Source: Macrostomum hystrix
Taxonomy: Eukaryota > Animalia > Platyhelminthes
Reading direction: 5' to 3'
NCBI GenBank assembly: GCA_950097015.1
Contig: CATNEN010000031.1
Span: forward strand, 2,356,001-2,420,000
DNA length: 64,000 nt
The notes below the pieces were generated by a model, which saw only the letters and a program-made list of their open reading frames with translations, was not told where the DNA came from and did not search any database. Shown here in pieces: positions 51,057 to 61,759 of this stretch; the stretch's first letter is position 1, and the number at the start of each line of letters is the position of its first letter. Both the position numbers and the translations under genes were made by a program.

Positions 51057-51773
51057 GTGATGGTGATGGTGATGGCTCGGCTGACCGTAGCTGGATCGCT
51101 GGCCGGTAATCGGTCTTGTGGAGGCGGACAGCAACGATCGCTTGCCTGCAGAATGCCTGCCGCCGCTGCTGTACAGCTCATCTGGCGGCCAGGAAGCCTG
51201 CGTGCTGAAGCTGTACGGCTGTTGCAGCAGCTGCTGCTGATGATGATGCTGCTGCTGTTGCTGGGATTGCGGCTGCAGCTGCAGGCTGTTAAATAGCAAA
51301 CTGAAGTCGGACGCGCTCAAGCCTGTGGAATAGTCAGCAGCGTCGCCATTGCCACCAATCTGCTTTATCGGGCTGCTGGAGCTGTGGCAGTCGGCGAAAA
51401 GCAGAGCCTGCAGCGCCTGATTCTGGGCGAGGAGCCCTGGGCTGGTGCCGTCGAGCTGGCCGAACCTGCATGCGTCCAGCGCGGCGGAGAGGCTCGTCGC
51501 CGAGGCAACCGTGGCGCCAGGTGATTGGTCGCTGCTGCTGCTGCTGCAGTTACTGCTGCTACTACAAGTAACAGCCGTCTGAGAGACTGCCCTAAATGAG
51601 TCATCCAGCGAAGAGAAACTGGTGCCATCAAAGAAGCCCGAGCTGTTTGCCGAGTCCGTGTAGTCGATGCCATTCAGGAGGCTTTCGAGGCTGACTTGGC
51701 CGACATAGCTAGCGTCTACACTAAAGTTGTCGTTTGTTGACAAAGTTGAATTACCATTTGAGAACGTGCTCAT
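50657..51773 (-). CDS. CPEB: CPEB coding exon 1: Ser/Gln/His-rich N-terminal region and start of RRM1 (whole protein about 616 aa)
   Basis: ATG at 51773 preceded by acceptor-like tttcag. Ends RYSRKVFVGGLPPDIDE, donor G|GTGCGA, phase 1. Exons of 1117+90+119+525 nt give 617 codons. Confidence 0.9.
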
Positions 51774-54238
51774 TTTTAGCTGAAATTATGGTACATAGTT
51801 TTGTTTGCACGCTCGCAGTGATATTTTTAATCAGAAAACTATACCAGCAAGTTTAGTTACTACAGAAAAAATAAAACTCAAAATTTGTTTGTCAATAAGC
51901 CCTGCGAAACCTGCGAAAACGTCCATATTTAATATATATAAAGTAATGACGATTTTATACAACTTCAAATGAAACGATACTCTCAGAAAAATATAATCCA
52001 CACATATTGTTGTTCATTGATATTAGTTACAAAACAGGCATACTTAAAAATACTTTTCACAAAAGCTAGCGCCTTAAAAACCTCAATCAAAATTTTCCTT
52101 GTTTTTATTATTGGTTTATAGAAAGAAAGCAGTTTTAAAAAAGAAGAAGATTTTATTATAATTTTGAAAGCAATAATTTCATTTTAGAAATGAAACCTTC
52201 TATGAAATTATTGCTATATTTTAACGGGTACATAACACTAAAGCGGGGTGGATATTTTAGGCTTTAAAGGGTACCCAGATAAGGGTTTAAAGATTGATGT
52301 GGCTAACATTCAACGGATATTATTAGAGTTTTTAGAATTATAGAGCTAATATATATATTTATTTTTAAGTCTCAGCAGAGAAAGGCGGATTGATAAATAG
52401 CCATAGAACGTAGTTGCTTTCTCAATAAAAATTTGCTGAGAAATAAGTAAAAAAACAAAATGTGTACGTACTACGAAGCGTAGTATCGTAGCAGTTTTGA
52501 AAAAGGATTAATTGTGGGAAAAGGCTTTAAATTTAAGGTCCAAAGGAGCAAAAAACAAATATCTAAGTTGTTATAAAACTTATCTTGATTCTTTTCTATG
52601 TCCTGTTTCTCTTTCCAAAGCGGCGTGCTACTGAGCTGTCTTAGAAAGACTTGCTTTTAAAGCTGCGGGAATATAAGCGTCAAACGTATAACTAATATTA
52701 TAACAATTATGTATCATAGAATAAACATAAAAATAGAAGAAAGAGCACAAAAACAGGATCCTTTGCCAAAAATATAATTTTAATGAATGAAAACCATGAT
52801 TTTTATCTTTTATTTCGAGTTTAAATTAAATATTACGTTCGTGCATCTTATTTCATGAATCAGAATCAGTCACATTGCAAATAAATGCTGCCTTGGAGTT
52901 AAAACGTGGTCCTGCATTTTATATTATACTCTTATTCTTCGTCAAGAATTTTTTATACATAAAGCTTTTTTGCTTTTGTCGAAAGCATTTAACAGTTAAA
53001 ATGATTTGTTTATTACTAGGGTTTATTACTCTCGTGAAAATAAAATAGGGACGCTTGTGCGTCGTGAAATATTTCGCTATGTGAAATATAATAAAATAAT
53101 ATTTATTTTTTGTTGTTAAGGAGTCTTAACTGACTGTAAGTATGCATCAATGGCGTAAACCCCTTCTTGTGTTTTTCAATAAAAAGATCACTCAGCTGCA
53201 GCTCTAACGCTTGGGTTTCAAGTGGCTCAGTACCGTTGCTTTGATCAGGACTGCTATAAGATATGCGGCTTCGAATATTTCACTGCTTCAATCGGCCTAA
53301 TCGTCTCAGCCTTTATTATTGCCAAAAGTACAACCATGGACATCTAAAATACTGGCACTATAATTACTACTAGTTCTCTGTGTCCTTGAGTACATGGCGA
53401 CGAGGAATATCTAACACTCGCAGGGACGATAATGCAGTCAACTGTTCAATTTTGGTGTTCTCTCTCAGTATATATTCGGGCTGGCTGGCTGATCGCTGCA
53501 GTGCAAAAGACTTCTCATTAGAGGACGGGCAGCAATCAACAATATCCGACGGCACCTAGGGCGAAGTGAGCAGTGCCGAATCATTTCATGTCTTCCTGCC
53601 ACTCCTGTGGTAATCCGGGTCATGGTAGAAATGCCTGCAAGTTCCGCAATGCGACAAGTTTCGAACTTACAGATCGGTTTTTTTAAGAAAAGAACAATCT
53701 GACAACGCACACTTTATATATTATACGAGCTTATGTGTACGCCGACTTCCTTTTGCAATAGTTTTCCGCTTCTCGAAGCAGGATATAAATATGTTCGAAA
53801 TTTAAATTAGCAATTGTTATTTAATTAATACTCATTTATATTCACTCAAATAGTACATTTTTATGAAAGTATTTTAAGTATTACATCATATAGTTGAGAT
53901 AAATGTCTTACGACAGAATGCACTGAACAACGCTCAAACTTCAGCAAAATATGAACAATGAATAGTACTAAGTACTAAAAATCAATGCGTACCTCATGCA
54001 ATTTTGCCTTAAGTTGGTTGGCTCATAAACACCAGGAGGTTAGGAATGACAAAAGACAATGAGCGAAGCAATCTCGATGCACATCGTAAGTTACGGGGCA
54101 CATTCTTGCAGTAAACTGTGTCGATGGACCCAGATTCTAAAAAACCACCGAACAGATAAAATATATCCAAGAAGTCTTGGAAATGGGGCACACGGACAAC
54201 AATTAGCTAATTCTGTTCATGTCAGCTGCCTCTCAAGC

Positions 54239-54513
54239 TCAGTCAGCCTTGCCGGCACCACCGCCGTTCTTGGCGACGCCTTCGGGCTTGGCGGCCGACT
54301 CGCCGCGGCTGTCCCGCTTCTGCCGCTTGTGCGACCTGACATCGCGCCGGCCGTCGCCGGCCTCGTCCTCGCTGTCGCTGAGCTCGTTGTCGCCGGAGAC
54401 GCGCTTGTCAGACGAGCGAATGCTCACCCGCTGCTCGTCCCGCTTGCCGCGGTCCTGCTCCGCCTCCTCCTGCGCCACGTCAGCGTCCACCACCATGCCG
54501 TCCTCCGGGATGT
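54239..54513 (-). CDS. HDAC1: HDAC1/2 (Rpd3), last exon (acidic/basic tail)
   Basis: Acceptor ctcgcag, phase 1. DIPED...DEQRVSIRSSDKRV...ELSDSEDE is the conserved HDAC1/2 tail. TGA at 54241-54239. Confidence 0.92.
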
Positions 54514-54564
54514 CTGCGAGTTTTGGAGGACCGGCGTTTGGGAATTCTCTGATATGGGATCTTT

Positions 54565-55065
54565 GAGACTCTATGGGATTTGTATGAGACTGGGTGAGAT
54601 TTATATGAGACTGGGTGAGATTTATATGAGACTGGGTGGGATGTATATGAGACTGGGTGGGATTTATATGAGACTGGGTGGGATTTGTATGAGACTGGGT
54701 GGGATTTGTATGAGACTGGGTGGGATTTATATGAGACTGGGTAGGATTTGTATGAGACTGGGTGGGATTTGCATGAGACTGGGTAGGATTTGTATGAGAC
54801 TGGGTGGGATTTGCATGAGACTGGGTGGGATTTGCATGAGACTGGGTGAGATTTATGAGACTGGGTGGGATGTATATGAGACTGGGTGGGATTTGTATGA
54901 GACTGGGTGGGATTTGTATGAGACTGAGTGGGATTTATTTGAGACTGAGTGGGATTTGTATGAGACTGGGTGGGATTTGTATGAGACTGGGTGGGATTTA
55001 TATGAGACTGGGTGGGATTTGTATGAGACTGGGTGGGATTTGCATGAGACTGGGTGGGATCTAAC
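54565..55065. repeat. Minisatellite, 21-bp unit (TGAGACTGGGTGGGATTTGTA), about 23 copies, filling HDAC intron 3
   Basis: Direct periodicity. Confidence 0.95.
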
Positions 55066-55134
55066 ACAGATTAGGATGGTGCAGTGGATGGGATCTAAAG
55101 CAGGTGGGATTTGAGTACAGAAGCCAGAGCTCAC

Positions 55135-55364
55135 CTTGCATCTGAACTCCAGGTGAGTTGGGCAGCATTCGCAGGTTCTCCAGCAGGCGAGTCTTGATCT
55201 TCTCCAGGTACTCGGGGGTGTTCTGGTTGGACATGTTCGACGGCTGGATGTGCAGCTTGAAGTCCGGTCCGAAGTACTCGAAGTAGTCATTGTAGGGCAG
55301 CTCGTTTGGGATCTCCTGGCCCAGAGCGATGGCCGTCTCGTAGGTCCAGCAGCGGGCCACGTTC
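55135..55364 (-). CDS. HDAC1: HDAC1/2, coding exon 3
   Basis: Acceptor ccgcag, donor G|[21 protein letters not shown]...[37 protein letters not shown]...APGVQ-like end. Confidence 0.96.
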
Positions 55365-55414
55365 CTGCGGAGCCGGGATTCGCGGCACCGTTGAATCCCC
55401 ATCTGCATAAGGCT

Positions 55415-55972
55415 GTATCCCCAGCTGCCTGATGCTGCATCCCCAGCTGCCTGATGCTGCATCCCCAGCTGCCTGATGCTGCATCCTCAGCTGCCTGATG
55501 CTGCATCCCCAACTGCCTGATGCTGCATCCCCAACTGCCTGATGCTGCATCCCCAACTGCCTGATGCTGCATCCCCAGCTGCCTGATGCTGCATCCCCAG
55601 CTGCCTGATGCTGCATCCCAGCTGCCTGATGCTGTATCCCCAGCTGCCTGATGCTGCATCCCCAACTGCCTGATGCTGCATCCCCAGCTGCCCGATGCTG
55701 CATCCCCAGCTGCCTGATGCTGCATCCCAGCTGCCTGATGCTGTATCCCCAGCTGCCTGATGCTGCATCCCCAACTGCCTGATGCTGCATCCCCAGCTGC
55801 CTGATGCTGCATCCCCAGCTGCCTGATGCTGCATCCCAGCTGCCTGATGCTGTATCCCCAGCTGCCTGATGCTGTATCCCCAGCTGCCTGATGCTGCATC
55901 CTTAACTGTCTGATGCTGCATCCTTAACTGCCTGATGCTGCATCCCAGCTGCCTGATGCTGCCCAGCTGCCT
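55415..55972. repeat. Minisatellite, 21/22-bp unit (CCCCAGCTGCCTGATGCTGCAT), about 25 copies, filling HDAC intron 2
   Basis: Direct periodicity. Confidence 0.95.
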
Positions 55973-56019
55973 TCTAGCTGCATTCTAGCCAGCAGAAGCC
56001 ACCCACAGCCCGGACCCAC

Positions 56020-56887
56020 CTGATCGTGTAGCCACCGCCACCCAGCAGAAGCAGGGGGGTGTCAAACTTCTTCATGAACTGAACGCAGCGGCCGTGGCCC
56101 TTCAGCGACAGGTTGAAGCAGCCGAGACGGTCGCCAGCCAGAGAGTCGGCGCCGCACTGCAGGACGATGGCGGAGGGCCGGTAGTGCTCCATGACCTTGG
56201 TGATGACGGGAGCGAAGATCTGCTCGAAGGCGTCGTCATCAATGCCGTCCCTGAGCGGGAAGTTGACGGCGTAGTGCTTGCCGCGGCCGGCGCCAATGTC
56301 CTTGAGGTCGCCGGTGCCGGGAAAGTACTCGCCGTACTTGTGGAACGAGACGGTCATGACGCGGTCGGTGGTGTAGAAGGCTTCCTCGACGCCGTCGCCG
56401 TGGTGAATGTCGATGTCAACGTACAGCACCCGCTGATGGTACTTGAGCAGTTCGAGAATGGCCAGCACAATGTCGTTGACGTAGCAGAAGCCGGAGGCCT
56501 CGGACTTCTTGGCGTGATGGAGGCCGCCGCCCCAGTTGATGGCGATGTCGGTGGCACACTTGTTCAGCTTGACAGCCCCGGCGATGGAGCCGCCGGTGCT
56601 GAGCTGGCAGAACTCGTACAGGCCGTCGAACACGGGACAGTCCTCGCCAACGTTGAAGCGCTGCATCTGCTTGTTGAACTCGTGCATGTTGTCAGGCCGG
56701 ATGGAGCGCAGGAACTTGATGTAGTCGTCGCTGTGGAAGCGCGTCATCTCCTCGGCCGTGGCCTTGTGCGGCCGGTAGATCTCCATCTTGCGGTACAGGC
56801 CGTAGTTCAGCAGCAGGTTGTGTGTCATTCTTATGCGGTGCGGCTTCATCGGGTGGCCCTGCCCGTAGTAGTAGTTGCCGATGTCGC
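56020..56887 (-). CDS. HDAC1: HDAC1/2, coding exon 2 (catalytic core)
   Basis: Acceptor aaacgccag, donor AG|[56 protein letters not shown] motifs all intact. Confidence 0.98.
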
Positions 56888-58533
56888 CTGGCGTTTAATG
56901 GGGCGAATTAAAGTTATGGATGATATATGATAAACTGAACAAACAAAAATTAAACTTCTAATTTATCATTAAAACTTGTTTATGAGCTTTTTTACTTTTG
57001 ACCTACGCTCAAAAAATATTTTTTAGAATTAACTTTTTTGTGAATGATTTTCAGTTCCTCATTTTATGTTTACATTCATATAAGCTATAACATTTACACA
57101 CAAACTTTACCATTATATAATATGTGTAAATGCTGTCAGCAAGGACACAATTCCGCCTGCTTATTCCAATGAACCTGAGTGAATAGCTCATATGCAAAAA
57201 ATTATCCTGAGCACAGTTTTAAACATGCTTTTTATTTTTTGCCTGTAAGTGTATACTCTTAGCACCTGTGCCTTAGTTAAGCTATTATGAGCTTAGCTAA
57301 TTGTATCATTTGCCTCAATTAAAGATGGATTTAAATATGATTATAATATTTAGATATCAATTCCAAATAGTGATCGAACTCATTTTGATTTCGATTTTAC
57401 TTTTAAAATTCAGTTTTGATCCATATCTTGTCTGAAACCTCAGTAATTTACCCCCAAAGCAATGTGGCCTTGTCATGGATTTCAGCTCAGGGAATTTAGT
57501 GTAAGGGTTGCATGCACTTACAACAGCCATTTCAACTCATCATCACATCTGTGCTAATTAATTCTCAAAACAATTATACAGTGGAAAATTCTAACTAGCA
57601 GCGTCCCACAAAGCTCAAACATCACAACACTACTAGCCATTAATTGATTGGTGACTTGAAATCTGTTAGCTTATATTGCTATCAAAGCAATATTATGTGG
57701 TGGACTATGTAAAAAACTCCACATTCACAAAGAGGTTACATACTTTTTGCACTATAGAATTATGAAACAAAGCAATAGAAAATAAATACTATTATCACTA
57801 GGCCTAGCGCAAAAATCACTTAGCTTTTCATTCTAGAAAAGTACTACACAGTACATGTAAATAGTTGAATATGTATTAAAACTTTTAATTGTCTATAAGG
57901 CTTTATATGAAAACTAATGGCGATTGACTTTTCAAGTAAATGAGAAACTCTACATTGTAATTTAATATCATTGATATATATTTTATATCATAGAATTGAA
58001 TATTATAGAAAAAACTATGCACCATTTTTCACTCTATACTAAATGGCAATTGCAATTAAAATGAATAAATATAAACTTAACTAGAACTAGCAATATCTGG
58101 TAAAGTACTATATAGTAACCATAGCTTGGAAGGTGGCAGGTTTACATGGGATGAACAAAGACAAGGCAAATGTTCTTTTATAATGATTGTACATGGTCTT
58201 GTATGTCAAAATCTATTTGAGGGGCTTGTGTACACTGGAATATGTCATATAATTTCTTGATATAGTTTTCAAAATTCAACAGATGGTATGTATGGTATGT
58301 AAGTGCAAATTAAATAAACTGTGACAACAAAAAGCCAAAACAAGTTATCAGAAAATCTAGATTTTCTGACAGGAACCAATACTTTTTGGTAGTAGCCATT
58401 TGTGGTCCTGCTGCAAACTAAAAACAGTAAGCATTTTGCAATTCTGCCACTTTGAAATTAAGCTTTATGCAATTTGCAAAATCGAAGAAATGAATATAGT
58501 AGTGTTATTAGATCAATTAAAAGAATAACATAC

Positions 58534-58585
58534 CATCATAATAATAGCAGACTCGTTTCTTTGTGCCTGTTAGAGCAGATGTCAT
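58534..58585 (-). CDS. HDAC1: HDAC1/2, coding exon 1 (MTSALTGTKKRVCYYYDG; whole protein about 474 aa), not in ORF track
   Basis: Conserved KKxVCYYYDG N-terminus; donor G|GTATGT, phase 1, matches exon 2. Confidence 0.92.
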
Positions 58586-58602
58586 TACAGAATGCAATGT
58601 CA

Positions 58603-58680
58603 CTAAATATGGAGATCGAATAAAGTGTGCTGTCCACTAGGCCTATAGTATGGTTTCAAATAAAACCAGTGATGACTCAC
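58603..58680 (-). other. Possible 78-nt 5' UTR intron of HDAC1
   Basis: GTGAGT at 58680 and tatttag acceptor 17 nt upstream of the ATG. Confidence 0.4.
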
Positions 58681-59406
58681 TGTGAATTTAATTTGAGTCG
58701 TTGAAACTCAGATTTCTATGTTAAGCAAACCACTCGTTAGACCTCCCAGCTCCCAGAGAAAAAATGTTGCTATTGTCAAAGCGTCGTCGTTTTTTATTTC
58801 ATGTTTCCCTACCACCGTCAGAATATAAAAGCAAAACCGTTAAACAAAACTTAACCTAAGATGCTACATTTAGTCTTGTTTACTGAGAAAGTGCTTGTCG
58901 CCTGCAGTTATTGTTGTTTTAAAAAACTTCTCGCACTATCTTTTTAGTCTCAGCTTTGTATTGGGAGTGTCAATGTTGTATTTAATCAGAATGAAAACTG
59001 CGAAAAACATGCACAAGGCGATATTTTTTGTCATTACTCTGGCTGCCTTGGCTGGTATGATTAAATTATTAATGGACATAGTACACAATAGTACATAGTA
59101 CATAGTACAAACGACACAATGATAATGGACATCTGTCTATTATCATGTTAAACTATGCTATAAAACTAGGCATAGACATAAATGTGTGCATCAAAGACGT
59201 CGCACATCATTTATATAGCTTACTCTGACTAAATTACCTGTTAATATCAACTGGGAATAGCCACACACATAGGAAAACACTTAATCCCATGTGCTTCCTA
59301 TTGCGTTCCTATTTATTTCTCGCATTAGCTTCCCTTGGCATGTATTAATCCAATCAGGATTGTGTATTATTAGAAAAGTTCTCGGAAAAAGCAACATGAC
59401 GTTATG

Positions 59407-59597
59407 ATATTATCAATGAGCATATCATTGATAATATATTGGTGGTTGAATATGTCATTGTCATTGATAATTATCATTAATCATTATCATCATTATCATT
59501 ATCATTTATCATTATCATTACCATTATCATTATAATTATCATTATCATGAATATATTATCAATGAGTATATCCTTGATAATATATTGGTGGTTGAAT
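59407..59597. repeat. (ATCATT)n microsatellite enclosed by two 47-bp direct repeats
   Basis: 59407-59453 versus 59551-59597 differ at 2 positions; the first copy has an 11-bp perfect inverted repeat. Confidence 0.85.
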
Positions 59598-60219
59598 ATA
59601 AAGCTAATATAAAGCTGCTTAGAAAGTCAGTGACCAACGATTGTTTTATGATTATTAAAATCTAGTAAAGCTTTCATCACAATTGCTAGACTGAAATTCT
59701 TGTGCTTTCAAATTAATGTTTTATCTTGTTTATTTGATGACTGTCTCTATTCGTTCCACCTCTACAAAGTATAATGCATTAATTTAATAATCAACTAATC
59801 AAATAATAACTAAACCATAATTCTCGATTTAGGTGATTTCCTAGAAATTTAGCTTGTAGATCTGCACTCATGCAAAATTGAGCTCATAGTCTAATACACA
59901 TTGCCTTAAGCATTCAAATATTCATTCAACCAATCAATGCCTATATACATATGTTATGGTTTTATCTTAGATTAAATCCATAATTAAGTAGGTTCTAAAG
60001 CACACTGAAATGTTACATGCATAGTTATATATATATAGAATAGTTCAGTAATAATAAAGTGCGAATGTAATTTAAATCTAAATTTAGATTGGGATAGAAA
60101 TATTTTTCGTACCAAAATTACTGTAATAATACTGACGCCTCGAGCCTCGAGCCCTCCACCCTAGGTAGCCGAAATAAATGGGAAATATTATACATTTCTA
60201 ACCCTCAGCACAGTCTAAT

Positions 60220-60639
60220 ATGACAACTGACATGCGGTTAGTAAAGAGCTTCTGGGAGGCCGTGGAGCAGTTGCTGCCAGACGACCTGGAGCGAAACCAG
60301 TTTCACAGCGTTCTGCGCGAGTACCGCGCCAGCCTCGACCTTGAACGCCTGCTGCGCGAGCTGCGCCGCTTTGTCAATTCACCGCGCCGGATTCCTCTGT
60401 ACGAAGCGGTCCGGCCACTGATTCCGCTGCGGCACCAGATTGCTTACGACTCCAGGGCGCTACGGCCACCGTCTGAGCGGCCAGCTTTGGTGCACCTGCA
60501 GCGAAGCGCCGGCACTGAGCCGGAGCCCTTTGGTTTCAGCGTGCGCGGCGGCGCCGAGCATGGCATCGGGTTTTACGTCACCTACGTTCGGCCGAGGTCG
60601 CATGCAGCCCAGCAGGGTCTAATGCCCGGCGACGAGCTG
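60220..60639 (+). CDS. USH1C: Harmonin (USH1C)-like PDZ scaffold, coding exon 1 (harmonin N-domain and start of PDZ1)
   Basis: SPRRIPLYEAVRPLIPLRHQIAYD resembles harmonin [41 protein letters not shown] is a PDZ loop. Donor CTG|GTACAC (weak), phase 0. Confidence 0.88.
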
Positions 60640-60722
60640 GTACACTGACCGCTTTCCCTCAGTTCCTTGCATTTTGGAAGAATGTGTCGTTCAGTTAAGC
60701 ATGCAAACACAATTATTTTTAG

Positions 60723-61463
60723 GTTCGCGTCAACGGTTTTCGCGTCGATCGGGCGATTTCAGCCGAGCTAGCCGACCTCATCAGATCGCGCAACGATCTC
60801 AGCCTGCGCGTGCGCCGAGTCGGCCTCATCCCGAGGCGCATTGTGCCAGACGATCCCCTTAGCTGGGAGCATATCTCGCCGGACCTGTTGGCTACCCACC
60901 GGGACACTGTCCGTGTCTTCCTGAACGTACGCGACGCCGGCGGCGTTGGCTGCTCGGTGGCCAGCGTCGGGCCTCCAGAACGGGCAGTGCCAGGCGTCTT
61001 CGTCCGCTCTGTAAAGATCGGCTCGCCAGCCGAGCAGGTTGGCCTAGAAGTCGATGACGAACTGCTCGAAGCTAACGGCCAACGGCTATCTGGCCTGCCG
61101 CACTCAGCCACCGTGGTCGCTTTGAAAGCGTCGCCGCATCTTCTGCTGACCGTGCGCAAAGCCCGACCTCTGCCAGACTACTCCATGGAGGATGAATTTC
61201 AGTCTGGTGCCTCAGCGGCCGCAGCAGCTGCGCAGGTTTCTACCATAGACGAAGAGAGCTCCAGCTACGCCGAGTTGAATTTGTCGCATTCTCCAACCGT
61301 AGTTGGCGTCGGCTCAACTGTCACCATCGATCTGCACAAGCCGGCGGCCACTGGCGCCGGTCGGGTGACTCGCGGAGAATTCCAACTGGAGCGACCGCAT
61401 CCGGCCACCGCGGCGAGGCACGCCGACACCTTCGAGGAGCAGGAGATCACTACGTACTTTTAG
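60723..61463 (+). CDS. USH1C: Harmonin-like protein, coding exon 2 (end of PDZ1, PDZ2, tail; whole protein about 386 aa)
   Basis: Acceptor ttatttttag after an 83-nt intron. VRVNG...RVGLIPRRIVPDDPLSW resembles harmonin HIGLIPVKSSPDEPLTW; PDZ2 VGCSV...GVFVRSVKIGSPAEQVGLEVDD; ends EEQEITTYF. Confidence 0.88.
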   Translation, partial: VRVNGFRVDRAISAELADLIRSRNDLSLRVRRVGLIPRRIVPDDPLSWEHISPDLLATHRDTVRVFLNVRDAGGVGCSVASVGPPERAVPGVFVRSVKIGSPAEQVGLEVDDELLEANGQRLSGLPHSATVVALKASPHLLLTVRKARPLPDYSMEDEFQSGASAAAAAAQVSTIDEESSSYAELNLSHSPTVVGVGSTVTIDLHKPAATGAGRVTRGEFQLERPHPATAARHADTFEEQEITTYF

Positions 61464-61759
61464 AGCCTGGACTCGGCTTAGTACTAGGAGAGGCAATCAA
61501 AAAGCGATACAACGTTCTTTTTTCTTGTTCGTCATGCACTGATAATTGCGCTAACAGAAAATTTCAATAACTTGTTACCCTCAATGTTCCAACGAAAAAA
61601 ATTATTTGTAGCACCTTGTTATTTAGCAATCTTATGCTGCGGTTGAGTGTACGAGTAGATAATACGTTTTCTTACGGTCAAGTCATGGAGACATTGCCGC
61701 TTGTCTACCCAACATCCCATCTTTTCACCCTGCTGGCTTACCGACCACCTCATCTTCTT

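Noticed and set aside
56094-56930. 278-aa ORF antisense to HDAC1 (likewise 34243-34641 opposite CPEB and 60719-61159 opposite harmonin)
   Set aside because: These are shadow ORFs expected opposite highly GC3-biased coding exons.
26789-58585. Functional clustering of an acyl-lysine reader (AF9/ENL) and eraser (HDAC1)
   Set aside because: They are 24 kb apart, on opposite strands and separated by CPEB; nothing in the sequence supports co-regulation.
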